The notes under the pieces: generated by a model
Databases searched by the model: none
Seen by the model: only the letters and a program-made list of their open reading frames with translations
What the model was told of the DNA's origin: nothing
Program-made: the position numbers and the translations under genes
Part shown: positions 17,476 through 30,358 of the stretch, piece by piece
Position numbering within the stretch: the stretch's first letter is position 1
How the letters are laid out: each line of letters starts with the position of its first letter
Assembly: GCA_942491345.1 (NCBI GenBank)
Contig: CALOAN010000044.1
Coordinates: 32,072-96,071 of the forward strand
From: an uncultured actinomycete
GTDB lineage: Bacteria > Actinomycetota > Acidimicrobiia > Spongiisociales > UBA5794
Length of the DNA stretch: 64,000 nucleotides
Direction of reading: 5' to 3'

Positions 17476-20400
17476 GTGACCACGTTCAACGACCCAGACT
17501 TCCAGGCGCAGGACTACGGCGAGACGATGCCCGAGTTCGCCGACGCCGGCATCGTCCGCATTCCCGCAGGCGTCGTCGAGCTTCGGGTGCACGGCGTTGC
17601 CGGCGGCACGCCGGAGCAGAACCTGGGCGACCCGCATCCAATCAAGATCAGCGGCGACAACCAGGCAGGCGTCTACCGACGACGATCGAAGCTGAACTCG
17701 GGGCCGCAGCGTACGGTTGAGGCATACAACTGGTCGTCCATGAATTCCGGGCGCACCGCACGTGCATTCTGGCTCGTGTTGTTTCCGTTCGCGGCCGTGA
17801 ACTTCGCTGGTTGGCTCCTGCCGGCCGACATGAGAGAACCTCGACCAATCGGGAGCACGGACTCCGAGCGGAAGACACCGTGGGAGAAGGTGAAGAGCTC
17901 CCCTGTGAACCCGTGGAACAATCGCATGGTTGCCCAGATGTGTGTGCGCGGGATGGCACTCGCGATCACGGCGATTGTCATGCTCGGAATCGCAACGATC
18001 AGCGTCGACATCGTCGGGCTCCAGTGCGGAGCGGAGAACGCCTGCTCACAGCCGTGGTGGTTCGCGTGGTTTGAACCAATTCGGACCTCGTCGATCCTCG
18101 ACGGACAGCCGACCCGCTTCGCCATTGTCGGTACGCTCGTCCCGGTCGCGGCTCTTGGAGGACTCTGGCTTCTCAGCCGACAATCGTCCACCTACGACCA
18201 ATACGGGGTCAGGTCAAGAAACGAGGCTTCCGGACCTTCGGAACGCTCGAAGGGGCCGGTCGGTAGGCACGTCGATACGATCCGGCTCGACACGGTCGAC
18301 TTCTGGCAGTCGCCCGACGCTGCCTACATCCAAGGATGGCTCCACACATCGGTGGCCTTGGGAACCCTCGCCGTCATGCTGGCAGCTTCGATGCGAGTCC
18401 TTGCACCGAACTCGCCCCACCATGGAACGTTCCTCTTTCTGGCAATCGCAGCGGCTGGTTTGCTCGTGGTGCTCGTGGTGTTCGTGGGCATGGTCAGCTT
18501 CATGTCGCAGATTCCGCGATCCTGGCTTCGTAGATCGGATTCTCCGAGATGGCGTCCACGACAAACCTGGATTCCGTCCCTCGTGGCTGGTTTCCTGCTG
18601 AGCTGGGTTGCCCTGCTCGGCTGGGGCGCCAAGGGGACGCTGGACACTGGATCACCCGTACTCGAACCGATCCGCAACGGCCTCATCGTCGCAACACTGC
18701 TGGGAGGTTCCCTGATATTCGCATTGGCGATGCTCGTCGGCGCATGGCGAGTGATGACGACCATCATCGCTGTGGGGCTCATGTGGTACTTCGTACTCGC
18801 GCCGCAGAATGGAGTCGTAGGCGAACCGCCGTTCGTTGTTGATGTCGGAGGAGCCTGGGCCTGGATCGTCGCTGAGGTGTTGGCCGCCGCTGTGTTCCTT
18901 GCGATCGTCTGGTGGCGGTCCAACGCGCAGAACCCCTTGTGGTGGCGATCGACGCCATCGCGGGTCGACGAAGCACACCGTCACGGCTTGTTGTGGATCG
19001 TCGGATCGGCCGGCGTACTCGCGGGGATCGGGATGGGGGCGGATGCCCGCAATGACGGGAACCCATTGATCGTCTTCGCCGTCGCCACGTCCGTTGTGCT
19101 GGTGTTTCTGCTGGTGTCGTTCTCGATGCGCTTGTCGATCGGACGAGCACAGCGTCGGCTCGACGCTCCCGAACCCGGGACCATGCGGTCAGGCACGACG
19201 TTCGTCATGGCGGCAGTCGCGATGTGTTCCATCCTTGCCATGGTGGCGAGCACGACGGTGTGGATCTCCAAGGCGCTCGGGGATGCCGTTGCTCACTCCG
19301 GTGTGACCCAGGTCGGCGCAGGCCAGATCGAATACCCGGCTGAAGCCGGGTGGTTCGCGCTCGCTGCGTTCGTCGGTTTCGTGGTCCTGTTCGGGATAAT
19401 CGCCATCCGGATCGGCACCCTGCGTTGGTTCCGATGGAGGAACGACGTCGCCAAAGGCATCTGCGAGGAATACGACGTGGTACCGCCGCCCGCTCTCAGC
19501 GACGAGCCGCCGAGGTGTGAGCCGCTTCGCGATCCCGCCACCCAGGACGTGGGCGACCACTACGGCTGGAGGCTGAAGTACGCAAAGCGGATCCGCACGC
19601 GGCGCCTGTGGGCCAACCTCATCGACGAGATCGACTGGATGATCACATCCGCGGTGATGGCGACCCTGGCCGCCCTTGGCGCCAGTGTTGTTGCACGGAT
19701 GCGAGACGAACAACCCGGAGGACACGTCGACGATGCGGTTGCCATCGCCACGTGGGTGCTGACCTTCCTCGCGATCGCTGTGTTCTTCCTGGTCAGGTCC
19801 GCACGCGACGACCGCCAGCTGCGGGGAACCGTGGGCATCCTGTGGGAGGTCATGGGGTTCTTCCCGCGGCGGTTCCACCCGTTGGCTCCGCCGTGCTACT
19901 CGGAGCGAACCGTGATCGAACTGAGGAACCGGGTCATCGAGTACACGAAAGCCGACGACGACGGCGGGAAGATCATCCTCGCCCACAGCCAGGGAACAAT
20001 GCTGACAACCGCAGCCCTGCTCAGCCTCAACGGGCCGCCACCGACGATCCCGGCACCGAAACAGGCGGTGCCGAAAGGATCGGAGCTCGACCATCTGGCG
20101 TTTGTGACCTACGGATGCATGCTTGAGCGGCTGTTCGGGCGCGCATGGCCCGACCAGCTGCAGAAGCAGTATCTGGTCAACCTCAAGGCACGAATCGAGC
20201 ATGGTCCGAACGGCCCGAAAGAGTGGGCGATGTCGGACACGCCACTGGCGTACCCAACGCCGAACGGACCAACAAGGTGGATGAACTTTGGCCGCTACAC
20301 GGACTATCTCGGTGGCCGTGTCTTTGCGCCGCTCCAGCCGAAGCCAACGCCAAACTCGAGATTCGGCGAGTGGGATGTCGACGTGCGGCCCCGGGACGAC

Positions 20401-20592
20401 ATCATGTTCCAGGATCCGACCCGCCGTTGGCGTTTCCTCGGCGAAACGACCGCCGCTCGTGCCTGGCTCCACTCGTTCAACTACGAGTCGGACGCTGAAG
20501 ACTCACGCTTTCGGTCACACGTGTGGGAGTGGGCACGAAGGTTCGCCCAGGAATCGGCAGACTCCGCCGACGAATCCCCTCATTCTGACTGA
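17476..20592 (+). CDS. Gene D: 1038-aa polytopic membrane protein with serine-hydrolase (alpha/beta-hydrolase/lipase-like) motifs
   Basis: GTG start is preceded by GGGAGGG. N-terminus has VELRVHGVAGG (HG at nt 17590-17595). About 15 hydrophobic helices follow. The C-terminal soluble domain has KIILAHSQGTMLTTAALL (Ser codon at 19987-19989). Confidence 0.8.
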   Translation: MTTFNDPDFQAQDYGETMPEFADAGIVRIPAGVVELRVHGVAGGTPEQNLGDPHPIKISGDNQAGVYRRRSKLNSGPQRTVEAYNWSSMNSGRTARAFWLVLFPFAAVNFAGWLLPADMREPRPIGSTDSERKTPWEKVKSSPVNPWNNRMVAQMCVRGMALAITAIVMLGIATISVDIVGLQCGAENACSQPWWFAWFEPIRTSSILDGQPTRFAIVGTLVPVAALGGLWLLSRQSSTYDQYGVRSRNEASGPSERSKGPVGRHVDTIRLDTVDFWQSPDAAYIQGWLHTSVALGTLAVMLAASMRVLAPNSPHHGTFLFLAIAAAGLLVVLVVFVGMVSFMSQIPRSWLRRSDSPRWRPRQTWIPSLVAGFLLSWVALLGWGAKGTLDTGSPVLEPIRNGLIVATLLGGSLIFALAMLVGAWRVMTTIIAVGLMWYFVLAPQNGVVGEPPFVVDVGGAWAWIVAEVLAAAVFLAIVWWRSNAQNPLWWRSTPSRVDEAHRHGLLWIVGSAGVLAGIGMGADARNDGNPLIVFAVATSVVLVFLLVSFSMRLSIGRAQRRLDAPEPGTMRSGTTFVMAAVAMCSILAMVASTTVWISKALGDAVAHSGVTQVGAGQIEYPAEAGWFALAAFVGFVVLFGIIAIRIGTLRWFRWRNDVAKGICEEYDVVPPPALSDEPPRCEPLRDPATQDVGDHYGWRLKYAKRIRTRRLWANLIDEIDWMITSAVMATLAALGASVVARMRDEQPGGHVDDAVAIATWVLTFLAIAVFFLVRSARDDRQLRGTVGILWEVMGFFPRRFHPLAPPCYSERTVIELRNRVIEYTKADDDGGKIILAHSQGTMLTTAALLSLNGPPPTIPAPKQAVPKGSELDHLAFVTYGCMLERLFGRAWPDQLQKQYLVNLKARIEHGPNGPKEWAMSDTPLAYPTPNGPTRWMNFGRYTDYLGGRVFAPLQPKPTPNSRFGEWDVDVRPRDDIMFQDPTRRWRFLGETTAARAWLHSFNYESDAEDSRFRSHVWEWARRFAQESADSADESPHSD

Positions 20593-20841
20593 CCGATTCA
20601 CAACGCGCTCGATCATCGCCGCCCGTCAATCGCTTGGCGTCATATCGGCGCGGCCGAGAACGCCCCTGGTGTGGCTCGACAAGCGGCGGGAACAGAGCCG
20701 GCGAGCTCAGAGTCGTGTGCCGCTCCGGACGAGTTCGCGGTCGGTCGCAGCGGCTGTCCTGACAGGCCGCGGTCCTTTTGCCTTGAGTTGGCGTGACGTA
20801 TCGTCGATGGTTCGAGGGCACGGCAACAGGAAGTGGTGGAA

Positions 20842-21969
20842 ATGCGCAGAATGTTCATGGTGGCAGCCGCCGCTTCCTTGGTCGTCTCGGCGTGCACTTC
20901 CAGTTCTGACGACACAACCGCCGCGGAACCCAGCTCGACGGTGACCATAGCGGCGACCACAACCACGGCGGATGCGTCGACCACCACAACAGCGGCGACC
21001 ACAACCACTGCGGCGACCAGCACAACCACCGTTCCGACAGCCGCGGGAACGATGGACGATCCGGTTCCGGCCGGCACATGGGCGAGCGTCGGTGCGGTTG
21101 ATCTCGTCGTTCTCGCGAACGAGCCCGACGCCACCGAACGGGTGCTCGCCGAGAACGAGTTCAACACGGCGCCCGAACCGGGGAACCGTTTTGTGATGTG
21201 GCGCGTCGCCGTCGCCAATGCCGGCGAGCAGACGACACCGCTCCTCGCCGAAGTGTCCTTCGCCGTCGCCGGCCCTTCGACCGTCGTCTACAACACGTCC
21301 GCCAACTGCGGCGTGATCCCCGAACAGCTCGACGAGTTCCGCGACGTGTTCCCGGGTGGCACGGTCGAAGGAAATCTCTGCTGGGAAGTCTCTGACGAGG
21401 ACGCGGGGGCGTTGGTGCTTCTCGTCGACGAGTTCGCCTTCTCGAGTGAACGGATGGTCTTCGCGTCCGCCGGGACGAACGTCCCGCTGTTTGTCGACTA
21501 CCCGACGCCGGTGCCGCCGGAGATGGACGGTCCGCTCGGGACGAGAGGCAACCCCTATCCGATCGGCGAAACGATCGCCGTCGGCGAATGGGACGTCACG
21601 GTCACCGACGTGGCCGAAGACGCGACAGCCGACGTCCTCGCTGAGAACTCGTTCAACGAGGAGCCGGCAGACGGGCACCAGTTCTTCATGGTCGGCATCG
21701 AAGCCACCTACAACGGCGAGGCGTCGGATTTCCTCTTCGCGTCAACCTCCTTCAGCACCGTCGGTCCGCGTGCAGTGGCGTACACCGGCGAAGACACCTG
21801 CGGCGTGGTCCCCGGCGAGATCGAGGTCTTCTCCGAGGTATTCCCCGGCGGGACCGTGGCGGGCAATCTGTGTTGGTCCGTCAGGAACGACGATGTGGGC
21901 GGCCTCGTCCTCTACGTCCAGGAGGCCGTCACCCTCGATGGAGGACCGATCTTCTTCGGCCTGCGCTGA
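20842..21969 (+). CDS. Lipoprotein with a Thr-rich linker and two tandem DUF4352-like Ig-fold domains
   Basis: Signal/lipobox MRRMFMVAAAASLVVSAC. There is an internal duplication (ENEFNTAPEPGNRFVMWRVAVANAG... and ENSFNEEPADGHQFFMVGIEATYNG...), each ending in FPGGTV.GNLCW. Confidence 0.72.
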   Translation: MRRMFMVAAAASLVVSACTSSSDDTTAAEPSSTVTIAATTTTADASTTTTAATTTTAATSTTTVPTAAGTMDDPVPAGTWASVGAVDLVVLANEPDATERVLAENEFNTAPEPGNRFVMWRVAVANAGEQTTPLLAEVSFAVAGPSTVVYNTSANCGVIPEQLDEFRDVFPGGTVEGNLCWEVSDEDAGALVLLVDEFAFSSERMVFASAGTNVPLFVDYPTPVPPEMDGPLGTRGNPYPIGETIAVGEWDVTVTDVAEDATADVLAENSFNEEPADGHQFFMVGIEATYNGEASDFLFASTSFSTVGPRAVAYTGEDTCGVVPGEIEVFSEVFPGGTVAGNLCWSVRNDDVGGLVLYVQEAVTLDGGPIFFGLR

Positions 21970-22041
21970 CGGCAGCACGGTTCGGGCCCGGATGGGAAGA
22001 AACGACCGGAACGCAATCTGTCGACCCCGTACACTCAGCGC

Positions 22042-23370
22042 GTGCCTGAGACTCGATATGCACGGAGCGGGGACGTCAACATCGCCTATCAGGTGGTCGG
22101 TGATGGCCCGACCGACATCGTCTACGTTCCTGGATGGGTCTCGAATGTCGAGCTGATGTGGGACGACCCCGGTCTCGCAAGCTTCCTCAGGCGGCTCAGC
22201 TCGTTCGCCCGGCTGATCACCTTCGACAAAAGAGGCACCGGAGTGTCGGATCCTGTTCCGGTCGACAACCTGCCCGACTTCGAAACGCGGATGGACGACC
22301 TGCGCGCCGTGATGGACGCGGCCGGCAGCCGCAGCGCCACCATCTTCGGACACTCCGAGGGCGGCACTCTCTCGATCCTCTTCGCTGCGACACACCCCGA
22401 ACGAACGGATGGACTCATCCTCACCGGTTCCTATGCGAAGCGCATCCGATCCGACGACTACCCATGGGCACCAACCGCCGAAGAGCGCGCCCGGGAAGTC
22501 GAAAACGTCGCGGAGACCTGGGGACAGATCGACTGGCTGGAAGAGGTAGCACCCAGCCGGTCACACGATCCGGCGTTCCAGGCATGGTTCAGCCGTTTCC
22601 TGCGAATGTCGGCCAGCCCACGCGCCGCAGCCGCTCTCCTCGAAATGAACTCGGCCGCCGACGTCCGAGGGACTCTTGCAGCCGTCACCGCCCCCACGTT
22701 GCTGCTGTATCGGCAGGACGACCGGGACGTCAACATCGAAGAGGGCCGCTACATCGCGAACGCCATCGAAGGGGCACGCTTCGTCGAACTCCCCGGAGCC
22801 GACCACGTCTTCTGGGCGGGCGACTTCGAACCGCTGCTCCAGGAGATCGAGGAGTTTGTGACCGGCCGGCGCGGATCGTCGGACCCCGAGCGGAGGCTGA
22901 CAACCGTCCTATTCACGGACATCGTCGACTCAACGCGGAATGCCGCCGAACTCGGTGACCTCAAATGGCGCCAAGTCCTCGAGCGCCACAATCGGCTGAT
23001 CCGGAACGAACTCGCCAGGTGGAGCGGTGTCGAAGTCTCAACAACCGGAGACGGATTCCTCGCGACGTTCGACGGCCCGGCGCGGGCGATCAACGGTGCC
23101 CTCTCGATCGCAGCAACGGTCCCCGATCTCGACATGCACGTGCGCTGCGGCGTCCACACCGGGATGGTGGAGGTCGTCGGAAGCGACGTGGCCGGCCTTG
23201 CCGTCCATATCGGAGCGCGGATTGGGTCCCTTGCGCGGCCCGGCGAAGTCCTCGTGTCCAGCACCGTCAAGGACCTCGTCGCAGGATCGGGCTTCAGCTT
23301 CGAGGACCGCGGCACCCACATCCTCAAGGGCGTGCCGGACGAATGGCGGGTCTACGCCGCGCGCCGGTAG
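22042..23370 (+). CDS. Alpha/beta-hydrolase domain fused to a class III adenylate/guanylate cyclase domain
   Basis: N-terminal half has GHSEGG nucleophile elbow and ADH. C-terminal half has RLTTVLFTDIVDSTRNAAELGD...TTGDGFLATF...RCGVHTGMVE...GLAVHIGARI. Confidence 0.85.
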   Translation: MPETRYARSGDVNIAYQVVGDGPTDIVYVPGWVSNVELMWDDPGLASFLRRLSSFARLITFDKRGTGVSDPVPVDNLPDFETRMDDLRAVMDAAGSRSATIFGHSEGGTLSILFAATHPERTDGLILTGSYAKRIRSDDYPWAPTAEERAREVENVAETWGQIDWLEEVAPSRSHDPAFQAWFSRFLRMSASPRAAAALLEMNSAADVRGTLAAVTAPTLLLYRQDDRDVNIEEGRYIANAIEGARFVELPGADHVFWAGDFEPLLQEIEEFVTGRRGSSDPERRLTTVLFTDIVDSTRNAAELGDLKWRQVLERHNRLIRNELARWSGVEVSTTGDGFLATFDGPARAINGALSIAATVPDLDMHVRCGVHTGMVEVVGSDVAGLAVHIGARIGSLARPGEVLVSSTVKDLVAGSGFSFEDRGTHILKGVPDEWRVYAARR

Positions 23371-23458
23371 GCCGATACGTCGACAGCACATCAGCACATT
23401 TCAAGATCCCGTCGGTCAATGCCGATGTCTTTCTTCATAGAGGAAGAAGGAACGATCG

Positions 23459-23674
23459 ATGCAGGCGACCCAATGTCCGTCGTGTGGTCGGACCGACGGC
23501 AAACACTCCCATCCTCCGTTGGTGAGCAGCCCCGAACGTGCGACCGGTTCCATGAAGTGCGTGATCTGCTCGGGGGCACTCGCCGACCACGAGATCGGGG
23601 AACACGCCGCCCGTGTGGTTGAACGTCTCGCCGCCCTGGGGTTCCCCACCCCGGTGAACGTCGGGATGCCGTAG
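23459..23674 (+). CDS. Possible small zinc-ribbon protein (71 aa)
   Basis: CPSCG ... KCVIC gives two CxxC pairs. AAGGA lies 8 nt upstream of the ATG. GC3 is moderately high. It sits in an otherwise unassigned ~450-nt gap. Support is weak. Confidence 0.3.
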   Translation: MQATQCPSCGRTDGKHSHPPLVSSPERATGSMKCVICSGALADHEIGEHAARVVERLAALGFPTPVNVGMP

Positions 23675-23827
23675 GCCGAATCTCCGAGCCCGGATGACGG
23701 CCAACGGCGAGCAGTCGCGCCGCTACCCCACGCCGAGACTGGGACGAAGCGAACACACGGAAGAGATAATCACTCCCCAACGTTGAGCATTCGACAACAC
23801 TGCCGACCCTGCGACCAAAGGAACCGG

Positions 23828-24853
23828 ATGTTCGAGCTAGGACTCACCAGCTTCGCCGAGGCTCCACCCGAGCCCGTCGGTGGGAAGATCATCACGCACG
23901 GCGAACGCCTTCGCAACGTGATTGCAGAGATCGAGAAGGCCGACCAGGTCGGACTCGACGTGTACGGATTGGGTGAACACCACCGCATCGATATGGCGGC
24001 TTCCGCACCGGCCATCACACTTGCTGCCGCCGCAGCACGGACGGAGCGGATCCGGCTCAGCTCAGCCGTCATCGTCCTCAGCTCGGCCGACCCGGTTCGC
24101 ACGTTCCAGGACTTCTCGACGCTTGACCTCATCTCGTCGGGACGAGCCGAGTTGCTGGTCGGTCGGGGCTCCTTCATCGAGTCGTTCCCACTCTTCGGCC
24201 ATGCGCTCGAGGATTACAACGAGCTATTCGCCGAGAAACTCGATCTCCTCGTACAGATTCGAGACCACGAGCGTGTTACGTGGAGCGGCGAGTTCCGAGC
24301 GCCGCTCCACGATCAGGCAATCTATCCGCGTCCGCACCAAGACCCGCTCCCGATCTGGGTAGGAGTCGGGGGAACACCGGCCTCGATCGTCCGGGCGGCA
24401 AAGTTGGGTCTGCCCGTAGCCCTCGCCATCATCGGCGGAGACCCGGTTCGCTTCCGGGCGCTTTCCAGCCTCTACCGCAGGACCCTCACCGAGTCGGGTT
24501 TCGATCCGGAGGCGATACCGCTCGCCGTTCACGGTCTCGGTCACATCGCAGACTCCGACGAGGAAGCGGCCGACCAGGTGTACGCCTCGTTCACCGCCAA
24601 TATGAACCGCATCGGGCGCGAACGTGGCTGGCCGCCGCTGACCCGAGATCAATTCGACTTGATGCGCAGCCCCGAGGGGTCGCTTGTCCTCGGCGACCCG
24701 GAGACGGTTGCCACGAAGATCCTTCGGTGGAAGGAAGTCCTCGGCATCGACCGCTTCATGCTCCATACCGCAGGAACCGTCCCCCACGAGGTAGCGATGC
24801 ACTCCATCGACCTGCTCGGCACCAAAGTCTCCAACATCGTCCGCGGCACATAG
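23828..24853 (+). CDS. LLM-class (luciferase-like) flavin-dependent oxidoreductase
   Basis: MFELGLTSFAE...VGLDVYGLGEHHR...RIRLSSAVIVLS is a typical LLM N-terminus. AAGGAA lies before ATG 23828. Confidence 0.85.
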   Translation: MFELGLTSFAEAPPEPVGGKIITHGERLRNVIAEIEKADQVGLDVYGLGEHHRIDMAASAPAITLAAAAARTERIRLSSAVIVLSSADPVRTFQDFSTLDLISSGRAELLVGRGSFIESFPLFGHALEDYNELFAEKLDLLVQIRDHERVTWSGEFRAPLHDQAIYPRPHQDPLPIWVGVGGTPASIVRAAKLGLPVALAIIGGDPVRFRALSSLYRRTLTESGFDPEAIPLAVHGLGHIADSDEEAADQVYASFTANMNRIGRERGWPPLTRDQFDLMRSPEGSLVLGDPETVATKILRWKEVLGIDRFMLHTAGTVPHEVAMHSIDLLGTKVSNIVRGT

Positions 24854-25175
24854 TTCCCCTCCCACACGAAGTGGGGGAGGGTGCCCGAGCGCAGCGAGGG
24901 CGGGAGGGGGCTCTGGGAGCTTGCATCGCGAAGATGAGGTCAGGCACAGGGTGCCCAAGCCAGCAGCGCGAGGGGGCTCTGGGAGGGCGAAGGAAGGGGG
25001 CAAGGGGCTCTGGGTCTTCGTCTCCACCACCGAAGGTGGGGGAGACGCGGCCGAGCTGATGCTCGGCCGCAGAGGGGGCGGCCTGGGAGCTTGGATCACG
25101 AAGATGAGGCCTGCCGGGGATACCGACCGATGGCGCACCAAGCCCTTCCCCACTTCGTGGTGGAGGCGAAGACCG
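24854..25175 (+). repeat. Array of GC-rich hairpin repeat modules: type B, degenerate, type A, and an inverted hairpin 1
   Basis: Begins 1 nt after the stop codon. Hairpin 1 is at 25022-25044. The perfect 10-bp hairpin 2 is at 25047-25070. An inverted hairpin-1 copy lies at 25145-25172. Near-identical units occur at four other loci. Confidence 0.9.
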
Positions 25176-25211
25176 GCCACAGGTAGGGTGACATAGCCTG
25201 AGGAGGTCTTC

Positions 25212-25643
25212 TTGATCAACACTCCAACGCTGAGCCACAAGGACGCTGTCGTCGTGCTCCATGCCGTCAAAAGCGAACTCGAGCGCCGCAACAAGGGTGC
25301 GGCGGTGGCCATCGTCGACGAACACGGCGAGCTCCTTGCGTTCGTACGGACCGACGGTTGCAGGCTGCCGTCGATCATCATCGCCATGAACAAGGCATAC
25401 ACGGCGGCGCGGGAGCAGGACGAATCATTCGTGGTAGGGGAACGGTCTCGCACCGAGGGTTTCCCGATGACCAACTACGGCGAGCTGCGGTACGTGTCGT
25501 GGGGCGGAGGGTTCCCTCTCGTCGCTGACGGTCGGGTCGTCGGCGCCGTCGGGGTCTCCGGTCTCCCGGAAGCGGAAGACATGGAGCTTGCGCAGCTCGG
25601 TATCGACGCGTTCGAGAAGAACCTCGCCGCCGGTCGCGGCTGA
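25212..25643 (+). CDS. GlcG/HbpS-like (DUF336) heme-binding protein
   Basis: TTG start is preceded by AGGAGG (25201-25206). GAAVAIVDEHGELLAFVRTDG...KAYTAA...GGGFPL...GAVGVSG is the DUF336 pattern. Confidence 0.8.
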   Translation: MINTPTLSHKDAVVVLHAVKSELERRNKGAAVAIVDEHGELLAFVRTDGCRLPSIIIAMNKAYTAAREQDESFVVGERSRTEGFPMTNYGELRYVSWGGGFPLVADGRVVGAVGVSGLPEAEDMELAQLGIDAFEKNLAAGRG

Positions 25644-25753
25644 GGACCCCCTACGTGCGGTGCCGGCGGAACCGCAATCTCCTTCTCGAATCGTCAACAG
25701 CGACCCTATGTTGTTCGGATCCCACTCGGGGGGCCGGCCGGCCGTGAGGAACC

Positions 25754-30357
<4,604 letters not shown>

Positions 30358-30358
<1 letters not shown>

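Noticed and set aside
19189-20472. 427-aa minus-strand ORF inside gene D
   Set aside because: It is antisense to the frame carrying the TM helices and the AHSQG motif. The translation is Arg/Pro/Val-rich junk with no RBS context.
20707-21678. 323-aa minus-strand ORF and neighbouring ORFs (20640-21218, 21356-22156) overlapping the DUF4352-like lipoprotein gene
   Set aside because: They are Arg/Gly/Cys-rich low-complexity translations. The plus-strand frame has a signal peptide, a lipobox and an internally duplicated domain.
24224-25474. 416-aa minus-strand ORF crossing the LLM oxidoreductase 3' half, the repeat array and the GlcG gene
   Set aside because: It runs antisense through two well-supported genes and through the non-coding hairpin repeats. 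Its length is due to the absence of stops in GC-rich sequence.
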